This document shows, one piece after another, positions 12,019-26,129 of a stretch of 64,000 nt of DNA. Where the stretch lies: assembly GCF_009914755.1 (NCBI RefSeq), contig NC_060931.1; one strand, 5' to 3'. Each line of letters begins with the position of its first letter. The first letter of the stretch is position 1. This stretch comes from the human T2T-CHM13v2.0 reference genome, Homo sapiens. Below the pieces are notes generated by a model. It worked only from the letters and a program-made list of their open reading frames with translations, was not told the origin of the DNA and did not search any database. A program made the position numbers and the translations under genes.

Positions 12019-14812
12019 AAAAACTGTGCTACAAATTCAGACTGCTTTTTTAAACAGTAGTCTTATATGGGTCTTTTAATGTGCAATGCAAGAATAGTGC
12101 TGTGTTTTAGCATGAGATGACGTTGCTTATATAAATGATTTTATATCTCACGAAAAAAATCTATAAAATCAAAGTAAAAAGTTATCTTTACTCTTTTAAA
12201 AAAGAGGCTCATATATTAAACATATTGAACCTTATTAGACAGATATCTACCAGGCTTAGTGATGTAAGCTCATGACTCTCAAATGCAAAACTTTAAGGCA
12301 CCACTGAATTAATATACTGGCACATTCTGCAGGCAAAAGCATTAAATTTTTAACAGTACAATTGACTGTATGTGGTTCAACCTTCAAACATGTTGCTTGT
12401 GAATAATTGCAAAAGATACACTCTGGTATGTGATATGTGTTACTCATTTCTAAAATGCAAAGATAGAAGGATCTACTTTCTGTTTTGATTTAGCCACAAA
12501 TCCAGTGTACAAAGAATTTACTCAGCCTGGAAAATAGTTAAGAGGATAATAAGAAAATAGAAAAGTAACAGACTAACTTCAGGCCTAGGTTCCTCCAGTA
12601 TAGCTAATTTATGACATTTGAGGCTTAAGAGATGATAATAATTACCATGAGAAAGAAAAATTATTACATTTTAAAATCCTGTCTCATTTTCAAAGACTAC
12701 AGAAAATTTCTGCTTGGTGCTTTAATTGCCATTTTAGGATGCTTGAAATCTCTGTCCCTTTCTACTCCCTGGAAATGTTTTAACACTTTGTAAATACGAT
12801 GAAAAAGGCCAAGTTTCTATAATCTACAAAGACATTCAAATGCTTTATTATGTACAAGAGTAATTCTTAAGAGTAGGGAGTTGTATATATAGTTTGAAAA
12901 AAAATCCTAAAATTATAATTGTGTTACTTTCTAAGTACGAAATTTATTGTGAACATTCTGATATTACGTGTGCTCTTACGTTTAGTAAAAAAGAAAAAAA
13001 AGATTCATGGGTTTAATAAAGGTAAGAAACATTGGAATAAGCAAGCATTCAATAAGAATGCTAAAATGTGCTACCCCAATCATTTTGGTACTAATTCATT
13101 ATGGTAACAGATTTGCCAAGTTCCATAGTTCAAGACTTTGGCATTATAACAACTACCAGCAGGGCTCCTAGGCAGAATTAAGGGTTCAGTGTGTGTGTGC
13201 AAAATTAGGGCCTTGGTGTTATTAGTAAAGAACTGTATTAAAAAGAATGAGGGCAACTGCAATTCTGTTCTACCAAATAAAACATTTTGTTTAGAGATTA
13301 AAAAAACAAAAAACAATGAAGGCTATGTTACAGTTATGCAAGGGGTGTTCTCAATTAGTAGAAAACAGTATGCCAATTTGAGAAATTCCATTAAAAACAG
13401 AGAATTCCATAAAGGTAGCACCCTAGTTATTACATTAAACAAAAGTATTAATATTGAGTATTATTGCTACAGTTTGTTCATTACTCAGAATCATGTGAGC
13501 CCAGGAGAGACCAGGTTTGCTCTGTTCTCTATTATTCCTGTATATTTAGCATACTCAAAGAAAATATCCTAATTATAGATTACAATTACTACATAGCAGA
13601 CTTACTGTAAATATTTATTGAATGAATAAGTGTGTATCCAAATAAAGATGTCTGCTCTGCAAACCTTCATCCAGGCCCTGGGTCTACATCTCAGATAATT
13701 CACCCAGACAGCCAAGACATAAAAAAACCCAAACTCCTTTGGTATTTATTCTCCCTAAGCTCCCTGGTCAAGGGTCTCTAAATGACTTCAAAGGAGGCCC
13801 CTTTCCTAGAACTCAGCATTTCCTTAACTGGTGATTGCTGATTGAAGCACACCACTCCCAGGCTTTCCAGAATGTATTTAATATTGCTTCTAGGGCACCT
13901 TATATGGGTGTGTTCAGAAGCACTGGGGGAAAAAGGAACACTGGGTTCAATGGCTAGATCCTTGTTTCCCACTTGTTCCCTTTTCATAGGTCTCCCTGCC
14001 CTTTGAGATCATGAGCAACTTCAGATTACCTCTCACCCTTAGAATACAATGCATCCATGGATGGAGCTTTGGAAAATGCTACTGTGTTTCTGATAAACTA
14101 AGTGCTTGTTAAGCTTTCACTTTAGCACAACTTTAATGTGGAAGTAATGACTCTTTCCAGCTGATATCAAGGTATTTCCCACACTTTGGGAAAGATGCAA
14201 AAACCACTTTCTATATGGCTCAGTGGTTTTATTACTGATGGAAGCATCCCATTAAATTTTCTTATCAGGCTGTAAGGAAAAAAGAAATTCATTATGTGAA
14301 GAGAGACAAGGTAAGGGTTTACTATATAATCAATCAATGGTAATACACCCTTGTTTCTCTTATCAGGTAAATTGCCCCTCAAATATTTTATAGTAACAGG
14401 GGAATTTCTCCAATCTCAACATAGAATCCTAAAAATATGCACACTCTGACATACCATTAATCCTAACATTTATCATCCCTTATGGTTAAACATTTATAAG
14501 GTTACATTCTCCTTAAACTTTCTTAAGCCTGTAAACAGCTACAATGAACAACAGGTAAGTTTATTATGGTTTTAGACAGCTCTGTGGAGTAATTAATGAA
14601 GCGTTTAGGTCGATGTTTTGCATTACTCAAACTTTCCAATTCCAAATTTGATAAAGAAATTTTCAACATGATTGATGTAATGGTTACTTCTCAGGTCAAT
14701 GAAAATGAATGAGCACTGGGTTCAAGTCCAAGCCCAAGCAAGTCACTTATTTCTTAAGTCTCTATCTTCTAGTCCATTGGTCTGAGAGATCTGGCCTGAA
14801 GTTCCACTTTCA

Positions 14813-15189
14813 AGTATATTGGTCCATTCTCACATTGCTATAAAGAACTACCTGAGACTGGGTAGTTTATAAAGAAAAGAGGTTTAATTGACTCAAAGTT
14901 CTGCAGGATATATAGGAAACATGGCTGGGAGGCCTCAGGAAATGTACAATCATGGCAGAAGGGCAAACGGGAAGCAAGCACCTTTGTCACATGGCAGTAA
15001 CAGAGAGAACAAAGGGGGAAGTGCTACACACTTTCAAACAACCAGATCTTGTGAGAACTCTATGTGGAGAACACTAAGGGGGAAGTTCGCCCCCATGATT
15101 CAATCACCTCCCACCAGGCCCCTCCCCTGATACGTGGGGTTACAAATTTACAGGAGATTTGGATGGGGACACAGAGCCAAACCATATCA
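14813..15189 (-). mobile_element. THE1D/MST-type MaLR solo LTR
   Basis: 'tattggtccattctcacattgctataaagaactacctgagactggg' through 'acacagagccaaaccatatca'. Confidence 0.9.
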
Positions 15190-15481
15190 CATAGCTTGGG
15201 TTTACCTTGACCAAGGCTCAAAACAAGGTGATGCAGTTTCTTAAATTTTTCCTTTACTGCGCAGGTTAAAATTACATGTTAATTTCTTGAATGGTATTCC
15301 CACAAATTCCCTTACTTCCATTCCATTACTGATTATTTCCTGAGTCTCATCTGTCTCTCAGATTCTATATTCTTTTAACTAAAGGAACAAGGGTTTCTAA
15401 ACAGAAGGTCATTTCAAGTTTCAATAATAATAATAAAAGTGGTAGGAAACTTTATCTGGACAATTTTATATGATCTTGCCA

Positions 15482-15979
15482 AATGGACAATGGCAAGATC
15501 ATATAAAAAATAGAATTCTGACCCCAAAACTGTAGAAACGTGCCCAGGAAACCAATCCCTTATCTACAACAACTAGCCTGGGAAATCAGCCCACGATAAG
15601 TCAGACTTGCAGGGATTCAGAACACAGAAAACCAAACAATAATTTCTGCAACAATTTGCCCCAAATGGCCATGACTTAACTGAAAGCTGACAACTTCCCT
15701 AATTTTTGGCTCCACTGCTAACTTTAGCACCAACCAGAGAAAGCCAAATATGCTCCTCTAACCTATCGCGTAGGATGCTTGCTTCCAGTCAGCCTGCCTG
15801 CAGCTTCTTTGGGCCAACAGACTCCAATTAGGGTACATCAGAAGCCATCCCTTTCTCCACTACACAGCATTCCCATTTCTTTCCCTGCCTTTGAATCTCC
15901 GCTGAAATGAGTTACTCTGCAAGAAACTGAATAAATAGCCTTGATTTATTCTCTTTTGGTTTGTCTTTATTTATCACCA
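15482..15979 (+). mobile_element. Old ERV solo LTR, subfamily uncertain
   Basis: LTR-like motifs 'gacaacttccctaatttttg' and 'ccaaccagagaaagccaaatatgc'; AATAAA at ~15930; ends in CA. Confidence 0.7.
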
Positions 15980-16089
15980 CTGTGCGTATAAAAAAGGATA
16001 CAGAGAGTGCACTCAGCTTCATCTAGATCCACAGTTGGGTCAATCTTTCTGCTTTCCTAGTTAATTATTAAGTTCTTGCTAGCTACTAT

Positions 16090-16665
16090 TTAAAAACCTA
16101 CACACTAAAAACCTCCTACCTTTCCAAATGCCTAATGCCTATCTACTTTGAGCATATGACTTTACCCCATCTTCTCAGGGAAAACAAGCCCAATAAGAAC
16201 TTGCTCCACATCTTCTCAGCATTCACGCCAGTATCTACAGCCTCATCCAGTCAATTCCTCCCTTCTTGTGGTTGTAATAGAAATGTAGACATCTCCTCTG
16301 TCCAGGGTTCTGGATCTCACTTCCCTTACTGTCTCACAGCTTTGATCTACAGATTATCATCACTCTCTCCTGTTCCTTCAAACAGTTCTCATCATCTTAT
16401 TTATTTCTATGAACACTTAGATGTGTTCAAGGCTGTTCCATTTTACTCTCTCTCCCACTCCAAGTCCCTTTCAGTTATCAATCTCTCTCTCTTCCCCACT
16501 TCAGAGCCCAAACACTGGAATTACTTATCTACCCTTCAATTTCCATTCATTTCATAACCTGCTGCAGTGTAGGTTCCACCTCTATTACTGCACTAAAACT
16601 ACTAAGATCATCAGTGACTTCATTTTCCCTCAGTGCAATGTGTATTCTCAGTGCCTACAACTGTG
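16090..16665 (+). mobile_element. L2 fragment
   Basis: Pyrimidine-rich L2-type text, e.g. 'ctgctgcagtgtaggttccacctctattactgcactaaaact...atcatcagtgac'. Confidence 0.65.
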
Positions 16666-18399
16666 ACTGATATGGAGTAGAGCCTCACTTCTCTGGATTT
16701 CCTAATTTTAAAAATAGTTCTGCATTGGCTTATAGCTTTACCTGAATTACGTCATCTATTACAACAACCTGATAAAGTAGGTATTATTAATGTGATTCAT
16801 ATTTGGAAACTGGAGCTCACAGAGGTTAAATCTCCCCCTGAAGGACAGACATCTGTTCTGCCACCTAAGATTCATCCTTGCTTCTTCCCTCTGAAATAAT
16901 AATAGTATTAGATAGGAAAGTATCCTGAAAAATCCTTAGCAGATTTCCTGGTATAAGAAAAAGAGTTCAATATATGTTGAGTATTATCATTTTTCTACCA
17001 CCTAAACCAGTGCCTGGCACATGAAATATACTCCATAAATACTGACTGATTAAATGTGCCCAGAGAGGTCATAACAGTGATGCCCAAATAATTATTTTTG
17101 CTGGTAACTGTGGCCTAGCTGGGGCTTTAAAGCAGGTAGGGGCATTTTTCCTAGATCTGAAGGCCTCTAGAGGGCTTTACCTCGTCATACTAACTGTAGG
17201 GAAGAATAAGAAAAAAATATTTTTACTTCCTCTTTCTCAAAAATGTTCACTCATCCATTTCTGAAAAGGTAAAATTATAGACAATGTTACTTGGTAATCC
17301 CTATCACCTTTTTCAGAAAAGGATTTGCCTTTATCTTATTATAGCAAATATTAGTTTGTAGGTGTGAATTGAGAGGGAGAGCAGTTAAGTCCTTTTTCCT
17401 ATTACGTACATGTATAAATATTGAAATTCATGAGATTTAAATTTGAAAATCTGCTGCTTTACAAAAATGAAGTATAATTATAGAGTTGAACAGAACAAAA
17501 GGGGAAGTAAAAGCATAGATGCACTGATTTACTATCTTGCCTTCTCTCCCACTGGAATCAATTTATGCTGGAAAGAGGAGCTAAAGACAGCTGGAGGAAC
17601 AATAGGTTGTTAACACAAATTATAAGGAAAGGAACTCCCTTTAATTTTTGGGAACTGAGCCAAGGGAGAAAATTGAAGTGAGATACTGTATTTATACTAC
17701 ACTATAACAGTACTCATGTAATTTTCTGAGCTCCTCAAAAATCTCTACTAAAATAAAAGCATTAGTATCTATTTCTCATTATGCCTAAATATTGGTAAAT
17801 GCATAGGAAAAAATCCCCAGAAGGTAGCTGCCAGTTTGCCAACATATCCTATTAAAAACTTTTTTACCAACTAGGAGACATCTTTCCTTAGTGTAAGAAC
17901 AGAGATACAACAGGATGCATGGACACTGCGTTACTTTAATGATGTTGCCTTTAAGAAAAGACAATTATGCTGGAATGCAAGATGCAAAAAGAGACTACAT
18001 AGGAAACAAAGAGTTCACTAAGTGCAGACTCAGTTGGGTTTCTGGCTTGAAATGCAATACAAGTAAAATATTTGGCAAGAAACCTGTAAACTACATAAAA
18101 GAGGCTTAAAAATCAAATTTGGAAGTTAAAGAAAAAAATCACCCAGATAAACTATAAAACGCAGGTAACATAGATGGATGTGATATATTTCTGGTTGTCA
18201 CAATGAGGTCATGAGGATATTCTGGCATTCTCATGAAGGCTAGCTCAGAGCACTCCCAACCAATGAGGTCCTCTATTACCAACAAAGAGCATGTTAAAAT
18301 TCCAAACAACAGGGTTCTACATTTTATAACAGATGAAATATTGCTATTACATAGTCAGAACTCTGAGGACGGGCTCACCATTGGAAAATAGAAATGGAA

Positions 18400-18575
18400 G
18401 GGTTTCCTTAATTCAAGTGAATATGTTAAAAGATGGGAAAAACAGGAAAGCTAAAGATCTGGAAGGTCAAAGTATCAAAATGTGCCAAATTCAATAACAA
18501 AAAGGGGCTTCAAAGCTATGCTGGAAGCAAAGGCGTTGATTTCTGCCTGAAGAAGATGCTGTGACATCAACTCCA
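18400..18575 (+). mobile_element. L3/CR1 fragment
   Basis: 'aggaaagctaaag...aacaaaaaggggcttcaaagctatgctggaagcaa' resembles CR1 ORF2. Confidence 0.45.
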
Positions 18576-18684
18576 GGACACTTACTTGGCACTCACATTC
18601 TCCATCACAGAAAATGATCTCACGTGTTGTACACTGGAAGTTGAACTCAAGATACGTGATATGATATTAAAGTTCTGTTTACTC

Positions 18685-19009
<325 letters not shown>

Positions 19010-19305
19010 TCAACTCAGATTACTGAAAATAATTTCCAGCTATTACTCTCGAGTGATGATATGCCTTTCAGAGACTATTTTATTTTGTATATTACCAAGA
19101 ATAACACGGTGAAGTATGGGCTAAATGATTATACAGACATATGAATTTTGAGATATCAAATACCTTTCCTAAAGAGTACTCGTTAGTGGCTCTTTGGAAT
19201 GGCCTTGAATGGGGCAAGAGTCTGTCCTTAGACTACCTCATTCAACTACCTATCACTGTCTCGGAAGAACACCAGTAAAGTTAATCTGATCTTCAATAGA
19301 AAAAC

Positions 19306-19475
19306 ACTGGGGAGGGTCGGGGGTAGGGAGAGCATCAAGAAAAACAGCTAACGCATGCTGGGCTTCCTACCTAGGTGATGAGTGGATAGGTGCAGCAAAC
19401 CACCATGGCACACATTTACCTATGTAACAAGCCTGCACATCCTGTACATGTACCCTGGAACTTAAAAAAAAAAAA
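19306..19475 (+). mobile_element. L1PA (older subfamily) 3' end
   Basis: 'ggtgcagcaaaccaccatggcacacatttacctatgtaacaagcctgcacatcctg' followed by an A tail. Confidence 0.9.
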
Positions 19476-22400
19476 GTACTAGGAGAGAGAAACTAAACAA
19501 AGAATCAAGATTCAAGTATTGTACACTTTAAAAGAAATAATTTTATGGTTTCTGAATTATGTCTTAATAAAGCTGTTATATATTTTTAAAAAGTAACAGG
19601 AGAATGTTTAACTGGAAAATGTAAAGCCTCATATATTTGAGTTAAAAAATGTACTGAGCAGAGAAAGCTTCCCTGTTGATAGGCTGAGGCCTGCAGTAGA
19701 CTGTGGGCTCAGGAGCAGGTGACAGTCTGCTGGAGTCTTGGCTTCCTCAGCAGCAGCCTCCCCCTAGACCCTCAGTACCTGACATCATGTCTGCCACAAA
19801 GGAATGCATAGTAAATACCTGCTGAATAATTATGCTCCTTAAAAACAAAACAACAAAGAAAAGCCAAGAACACAAACTTAAACGTTATGAAATTAAAAAT
19901 AGGAGTTTCTTCTCTAAGAAATCTAACATATATAGAGAAAAAAGACTGGACTAAACACCAAAATACTAGCAGTAGTTGTCTTTGGGTCAGAAGATTTTGG
20001 GCAAATTATGATCATTTAATTTCATATTTCTGTCTATTTTCCTGTGTGTTCCAATTTTGTAGGATAGAGAAAAGTATATCCTCTGTTACCCCTCATCCCT
20101 ACCCCAAGTCTGTTTGAATGACAATGAGTATGCTGAAACATTGAGCTGCTTGAAAACTATTTTTATATATGTTACTTTGAATTATTTATATTTGTATGTC
20201 TTTTCTTTCCACTTGAACTGTAGATACTCAGATTGCAGCAGTGATATGTTATTATCCTCGTATATAGTCTGATGCTAAGGATGGCAGCAAATTCAACCAC
20301 CTTCTCTTGCAAACGTTATTACAACTGAACCGGGAAAAAGACTAGAATTTTATCCACATGGCTGCTCTAATGTCATCCTAATATGATATAATTTCTCTAA
20401 GAAAAGGCACTTGACTCAAACTAAAACAAAAGTTAACACTGTGACTCAAAGTTTAGGCTAGATGACAATTCTGAAGATCTTTTTATTTCTTGGTGGTGAA
20501 GAAAAAAAAACACTCAGATATTACCTTTTTTTTCAGCGCATGGGATCGGCAGTAATTTATCTGACATTATCCCAATACTCCTGATGGAGGACTGTCATTT
20601 CAAGTTCTACTTCGCAGGAGGATTTTATCGCCCTCTCAATCAATGTTAGGAGTCATTAGAGCAATAACAGAGAAGAAAAATCAAGGCCACCTATTTAGGC
20701 AGGGTGCTTGCCACAAGGTAGTGAAACACAAACCCTAAGATCTTTATGTCTGTACAAACGTACAAGGGAGTTGGCCATTTAGCTCCCATAGTTGTGGGGA
20801 GCACTAGGCCAGACTGCCTGGATGGGGCAATTCCCTGGGGCCTCAGAAATTAGTATTGGTAACAGCTTATATTTCTACCACTTCTCATGAAAGAAACCCA
20901 GAAATTAGCAACTACCCTTGAATACCCTGTAGAAGTTTGCAGGCTTGTCTAGAAAGGCATTAAAAATAATCACAAAATAACACAAATCCACAACCAAGCA
21001 ATCAACCCTATTCACTTTCCAAGCCCCATTTCATCTCTCTAATTTTTCCATTATTTAAGACCGCAGCCAGAAAAACTTCAGTGGGAGAAGGAGAGGTGAA
21101 TCCAATGCAACATGAACCAAATCTCTATCATCTTCGTGTCACCAACAGAAATGTTTTAGCTAAACAAATTTGATCGTTTGTGATATGTGCACAAATTGAT
21201 TTAGATTATCTTGACAAGTCCAGTTAGTCCATCCAACCAAATCAACTCAGAAAAAGGAATCTAAGGAGTCAAAATAGATAATTCAAATCAGGTTGCATGC
21301 ACAGGCACAGCCACAATGCATCTTAGCCCAAATGACCTGAATCTCATTACTAATAATTCTTAATTATTCAGTACTGAAAATACAAAATGTTTAGTCAGAA
21401 CATGGTTTGGGATTTAAAAACAGAGAAAAATAAGTGAATACCAATTTTTGGTATGTGGAGCTACAGAAAGCTATAACAAATTAATTTGAATAATTATCAA
21501 TAAATTTAAGAAAGTAAATGTGCCCTAAAATTCTTTCAGATAATTTGTTTATCCAAATAGTTTAAATGACCTATTGTTTATCCTGCTATACAAATCCTTT
21601 TTCTTTAGATAATATAAGATTTAATGAATAAACACACATTACAAGTTAGTGACATTTACATAAAGAATCATTAATCATACCACCTTCAAATATATTTGCA
21701 TAAATATTAGCAGTTACCAAGTCCTTTATCATGTACGGCCTCCATGACTTAGTCTAGATGAGAATACCACCTTTTGCAATTATGGGTAATACATTCTTTT
21801 TCAATCTACTTTTGAATTTGAGGATTGGAACCAAAGTTTATCGTAAGCAACGGTGACTTACTCAAGTTTGTCTATACATCTGACTGTCACATATGTAATC
21901 TTCCCAATTTTTTTTCTTGCCTCTGGCTATTCTAGTCTTTCCCTAAAACCTACTAAAAGTTACTCATTTTAAAGCAATTGCTATTTACTGTGTACTACTA
22001 ACTGCTTTCTGTGAAAAATGTGTATTCTTGGATGTTGAAATACAGGGAGAAGAGATGCTCCACCAATAGCTTTGTAAACTTTTCCCATTAAAGTAGTATT
22101 CCACAACATGCATTCAAATGTCACCACGAATACTGATGATCCTGTAAAGTGGCACTGTCTTTCAAGAGACAAGATTGATGAGGATAGAAAGAACCAGATA
22201 AAGAAGTCTTTGAATTCTAGACTATTAAGCAGTAGAGAGTCACTGCATAACATTTTTATAAGGAGTGGTTGGATTAAACAATATTTTGGGAATATTCAAC
22301 AAATATGATACAGCATACTAGTAGGAATTGAAATAAAATGCTTTTTGCATCGAGCATTCAATAGGCTGTTGCCCTACTAAGATGATAACTACTAATCCTT

Positions 22401-22921
22401 TGCTAGTGAAAACCCAGACTTTAAATTTTTTTTTTGAAAGCATTTAACTATTGATGTTGGTTGATGAAGTCAACTGCTCAAGTGAGACTGATACCTTGGA
22501 AATGTCTAGCTGGTGTTAATGGTTCAGTTTGGGAGCTCTTGGTTGGGAAAGCACTGATCTCAGCTCTTGTGACTAAGATAGCTTGATTCACTCATGTCTC
22601 CAACAAATATTTTCAAATATCTACAGCTATATGTGAAAGCTGACAAATTTAAGAAAAGAATAAAAGTAATGTGGTTTCCACAAGTTGATCACTTTTTGAG
22701 TATAAAAATTAGGGAATGGAGTGTAGAGGGTAAAAGCTAGAATATCCATTCCTTCGGTTGAGATTTCTGATGCATTATTATTGAAGTTTATTGAAGACCT
22801 AGAGTTTCAAGAATTTCACTTAAATAAGAATATCAATTTAACTATATTATCCTTCTTTCGTGGAGGCTTTCTTAGGTACAACGTTAGGTCCAATTTCTCA
22901 GGAGTTCTCTTTGTGAGCAGC

Positions 22922-23307
22922 GTGTACTCCTCTGTCTCTTGATGTGGGGCCGGCCATATGACTGATTTGGGTATATGACCAAAGAGGATAGATTGCCAGG
23001 TCAGAAGCCAGGCCTTTGGGGACTTTGTATGTTTCTGCTTGCTGTCTTAAGTGTTTGCCACTGCCTTGAGAAGAAGTTAGCTCCAAGTCCAAACAGAGAC
23101 TTAAAGAGCATGGCCAGTCAGACACCCAAACATCTATTTTAAGAGGCAGAGCAATGACGCACCAGGTGCTGTGTACAGAAGTTCAGCTTTAGATGAACCA
23201 AATCTTACCTGCACTGCCCTGCAGTCAAGTAAATGACTGTTATGGACCACAGAGCTTTGAGGAAGTATGAAACACAGTATCTTTGTAGCAACAGCTAATG
23301 GATACAG
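22922..23307 (+). mobile_element. MLT1 (H/I-like) MaLR LTR fragment
   Basis: 'cttgatgtggggccggccatatgactg' through terminal 'gtagcaacagctaatggataca'. Confidence 0.65.
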
Positions 23308-23487
23308 TGGCAAAACAGGGATTAGAACTGAGGCTTGGAGGCTCTTATTTGAATGTAGATTTTATCTATCACTTTTTTTTCCTGTTGCACTAGGCATGAC
23401 ACCGTCATATGTAGAACTTAATCTGTTCTATTTTTGTGCCCTTTCCATTGCCTTTTTCAGTAACTTTTTAACTACCTTGCCTTTCCA

Positions 23488-23784
23488 TTTTTTGTTTTGT
23501 TTTGTTTTTCTTCTTTGTTTTTTTGAGACAGAGTTTTGGCCTGTTGCCCAGGCTACAGTCCAGTGGCACAGTCTCGGCTCACTGCTGGGCTCAAGTGATC
23601 CTCCCACCTCAGCCTCCGGGGTAGCTGGGACTATAGGTGTGCACCACCACACCCAGCTAATTTTTGTAGAGATGGAGTTTTGCCATGTTGTCCAGGCTGG
23701 TCTTGAACTCCTGAGCTCAAGTGATCCAACTGTCTTGGCCTCCCAAAGTGCTGGGATTACAGGCGTGAGCCACTGTGCCTGGCC
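23488..23784 (-). mobile_element. AluJ
   Basis: Reverse Alu with J-type 'gggctcaagtgatcctcccacctcagcc'. Confidence 0.92.
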
Positions 23785-25276
23785 TGTTTTGTTAATATGT
23801 ATGTATTTCCCTGTGCTTTGGAACCAATTTTTCCACTTTACTGACATTTTGTTTTCTTTCCTTGGAAACTTAAGTCTTTCAAATAATGGCCAGTTTCTCT
23901 AACATTTCTTTCCACCTTAAGATCCTTACAGACTTTGAAAAGAAAAAAAAAATACACTCATAATAATCATTCTTATTATCTTATTATCATTTTTACCTTA
24001 GTTTAATCTTATCCAAACTAGGTCGTGACAATTTAGGGAATACTTCCGAAGACTTGCTCTGGTATTTTATTTTTTAAAGAGAAGTCCATATATTGGAATG
24101 CATGAACAAGAAATGCAAAGTTAGAAACATATCCCATGAAGCACTGTGGACACTCTGACAGCTGCAATTTATCAACATAAATTACTGTGCTTAGCTGCAA
24201 AGCTTTTGTCACAGGGAGACAGGGCACTTCCTAAATGGCTTGCTGCCCTCTTTAATAATAATCTTAGTTTTTACAATCCAGACAACCTAGGGCAAGAGAC
24301 AGCCTGATGCACATAGAAACAGAAAAATTCAGGTTTTTATGTACATCACCGGGAGCACTGACATGCTACTCTATTCATTTTTAGATTAGAGTCTTTTCCC
24401 CCTTCTGTCTACATGTGGCAATAGATGACTTAGAAAAGAAAATGTGGGCAGGAGAGCCAGGATAGGAAGCTTAGCAGTAAACAAGTCAGCCTGTCTGCTG
24501 TCTCACTTTCCTTTTAATCAAGGAAAAGGCCTAACAGAATTCACTGTCATCGTCTTAGTGGTGGCTTCTAACAGCACTGGATAGGGAGAATCCTTTTATT
24601 TCCAGCATCACATGAACAAATTGATTTTTAAATTCATGCATCTAACATGTGTTCCTAAAGCCATTACCATTTAGTAAACAGCATAACTAAATGTCTTTAA
24701 ACTACTTTAGACATTTTAAGCACTAATTTTTCTCATTTTAAAAAAGTTTCAATCTGTGTGTTAGAGATATTCGAGATATGCTACTACATAAAGTTTTGTA
24801 CCTATTCATGAAAATCTAATTTTGGGGGGATGTGGTTGAATTCTGTATCTCAATATTGGACTTTTCTAATACGGTGGATGAGCTGAAACCTGTTCCCTGG
24901 TCCCCTTAACTCCAAAGCCTCTGCTCACTCTACTGTACATGCTGCCTTTACAGAAAGCCCCTGTCCGTAAGCTCCATTTTAAGAAAAGGAGTTTTAAGAC
25001 TGCTATCCATAATGCCAAATTTCTAAGCTGCTTTCTTCTAGTATTGGAAAAACAGAAACGTCTAGTTTAGCCATTATAATCAGGAATCAATAACATGCAT
25101 ATCTGCTAATTTCCCTGCCTTTATGGTCTGTGCTCCTATCCAAAAAGGGTTGTAAAGGCAAGAACAAAGTTACCTATAGTCTCTCTCTCTTTTTGAGTAC
25201 TTTCAAATTCATCATTTGTCAACAGATGTACTGCAGTCCCTAGCTTCAGTACAACAGGACACCAGTAAAGTCACCT

Positions 25277-25787
25277 GTGGTACACAGAATAAGAGCTGCC
25301 CAAAGATGTCTACCTTCTAATCCCTGGAACCCGTGAATATATATGTTACATGGCACATGGGGAATTAAGGTTGCAGATGAAATTAAGTTTCCTAATCAGC
25401 TGACCTTAAAATAGGGAGAGTATCCTGGACTATCCAGGTGGGCCCAATGTAATCAGAAGGGTCCTTAAAAGTCAAAGAGGGAGGCAGAAGAGGAAGTGAG
25501 AGTGATGTAATATGACAAATACTTGGCCCAACATTGCTGGCTTCCAAGATAGAGGAGAAGAACCAAAAGCCAAGAAATGTGGGTGGCCTAGAGGCTGGAA
25601 AACGCTGGGAAACAGATTGTCCCCTAGAGCCTCCAGAAAGGATCAAAGGTCTGCTGACATCTTGTTTTAGCCCAGCAAGACCCATTTCAGACTTCTGAAC
25701 TACAGAACTGTAGGAGGAGAAATTTGTGTTGTTTTAAGCCACTAAGTTTGTGGTAATTTGTTGTAGCAGCCACAGGAAACGAATACA
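25277..25787 (+). mobile_element. MLT1D-like MaLR solo LTR
   Basis: 'tgtggtacacagaataa...cccaaagatgtc...aattaaggttgcagatg...ttttaagccactaagtttgtggtaatttg...gaataca'. Confidence 0.88.
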
Positions 25788-26129
25788 TCATTTATTTTTA
25801 AGACAGGTTACCAGGAAGGCTATCTACATTACAGATAACTGGGAGACAATTTGACAAATATTTGACAAATTATCAGAAATGTTTTTGTTGTTTAATGGCA
25901 AAAGTAAAAGAATAATATGCTTTTGTTTTCTTTTAATTTATTTTTCCTTGCTGAATTGTGTCCTTTAATTTATAACTACAATTGCTTTGGCTGTTATTTG
26001 GCACTCCAAATGGATCAGAAGTAAATTGAGACTGATAAATAATTTTTGTAATTAAATACAATATTATAGCAAAGAAGAATTTAAAATATAAACAGCATCT
26101 TACTTCAATAAAAATGTGTTATAAAAGAA

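Noticed and set aside
18586-18633. 48-nt minus-strand exon candidate (CTTREIIFCDGECECQ)
   Set aside because: Weak acceptor, lies between CR1-like sequence and an Alu, and has no recognisable family.
23267-23902. 211-aa and 139-aa ORFs
   Set aside because: They run through an antisense Alu and give typical Alu-derived peptides. The same applies to ORFs at 3099, 18745, 34213, 40543, 41849, 52132 and 56939.
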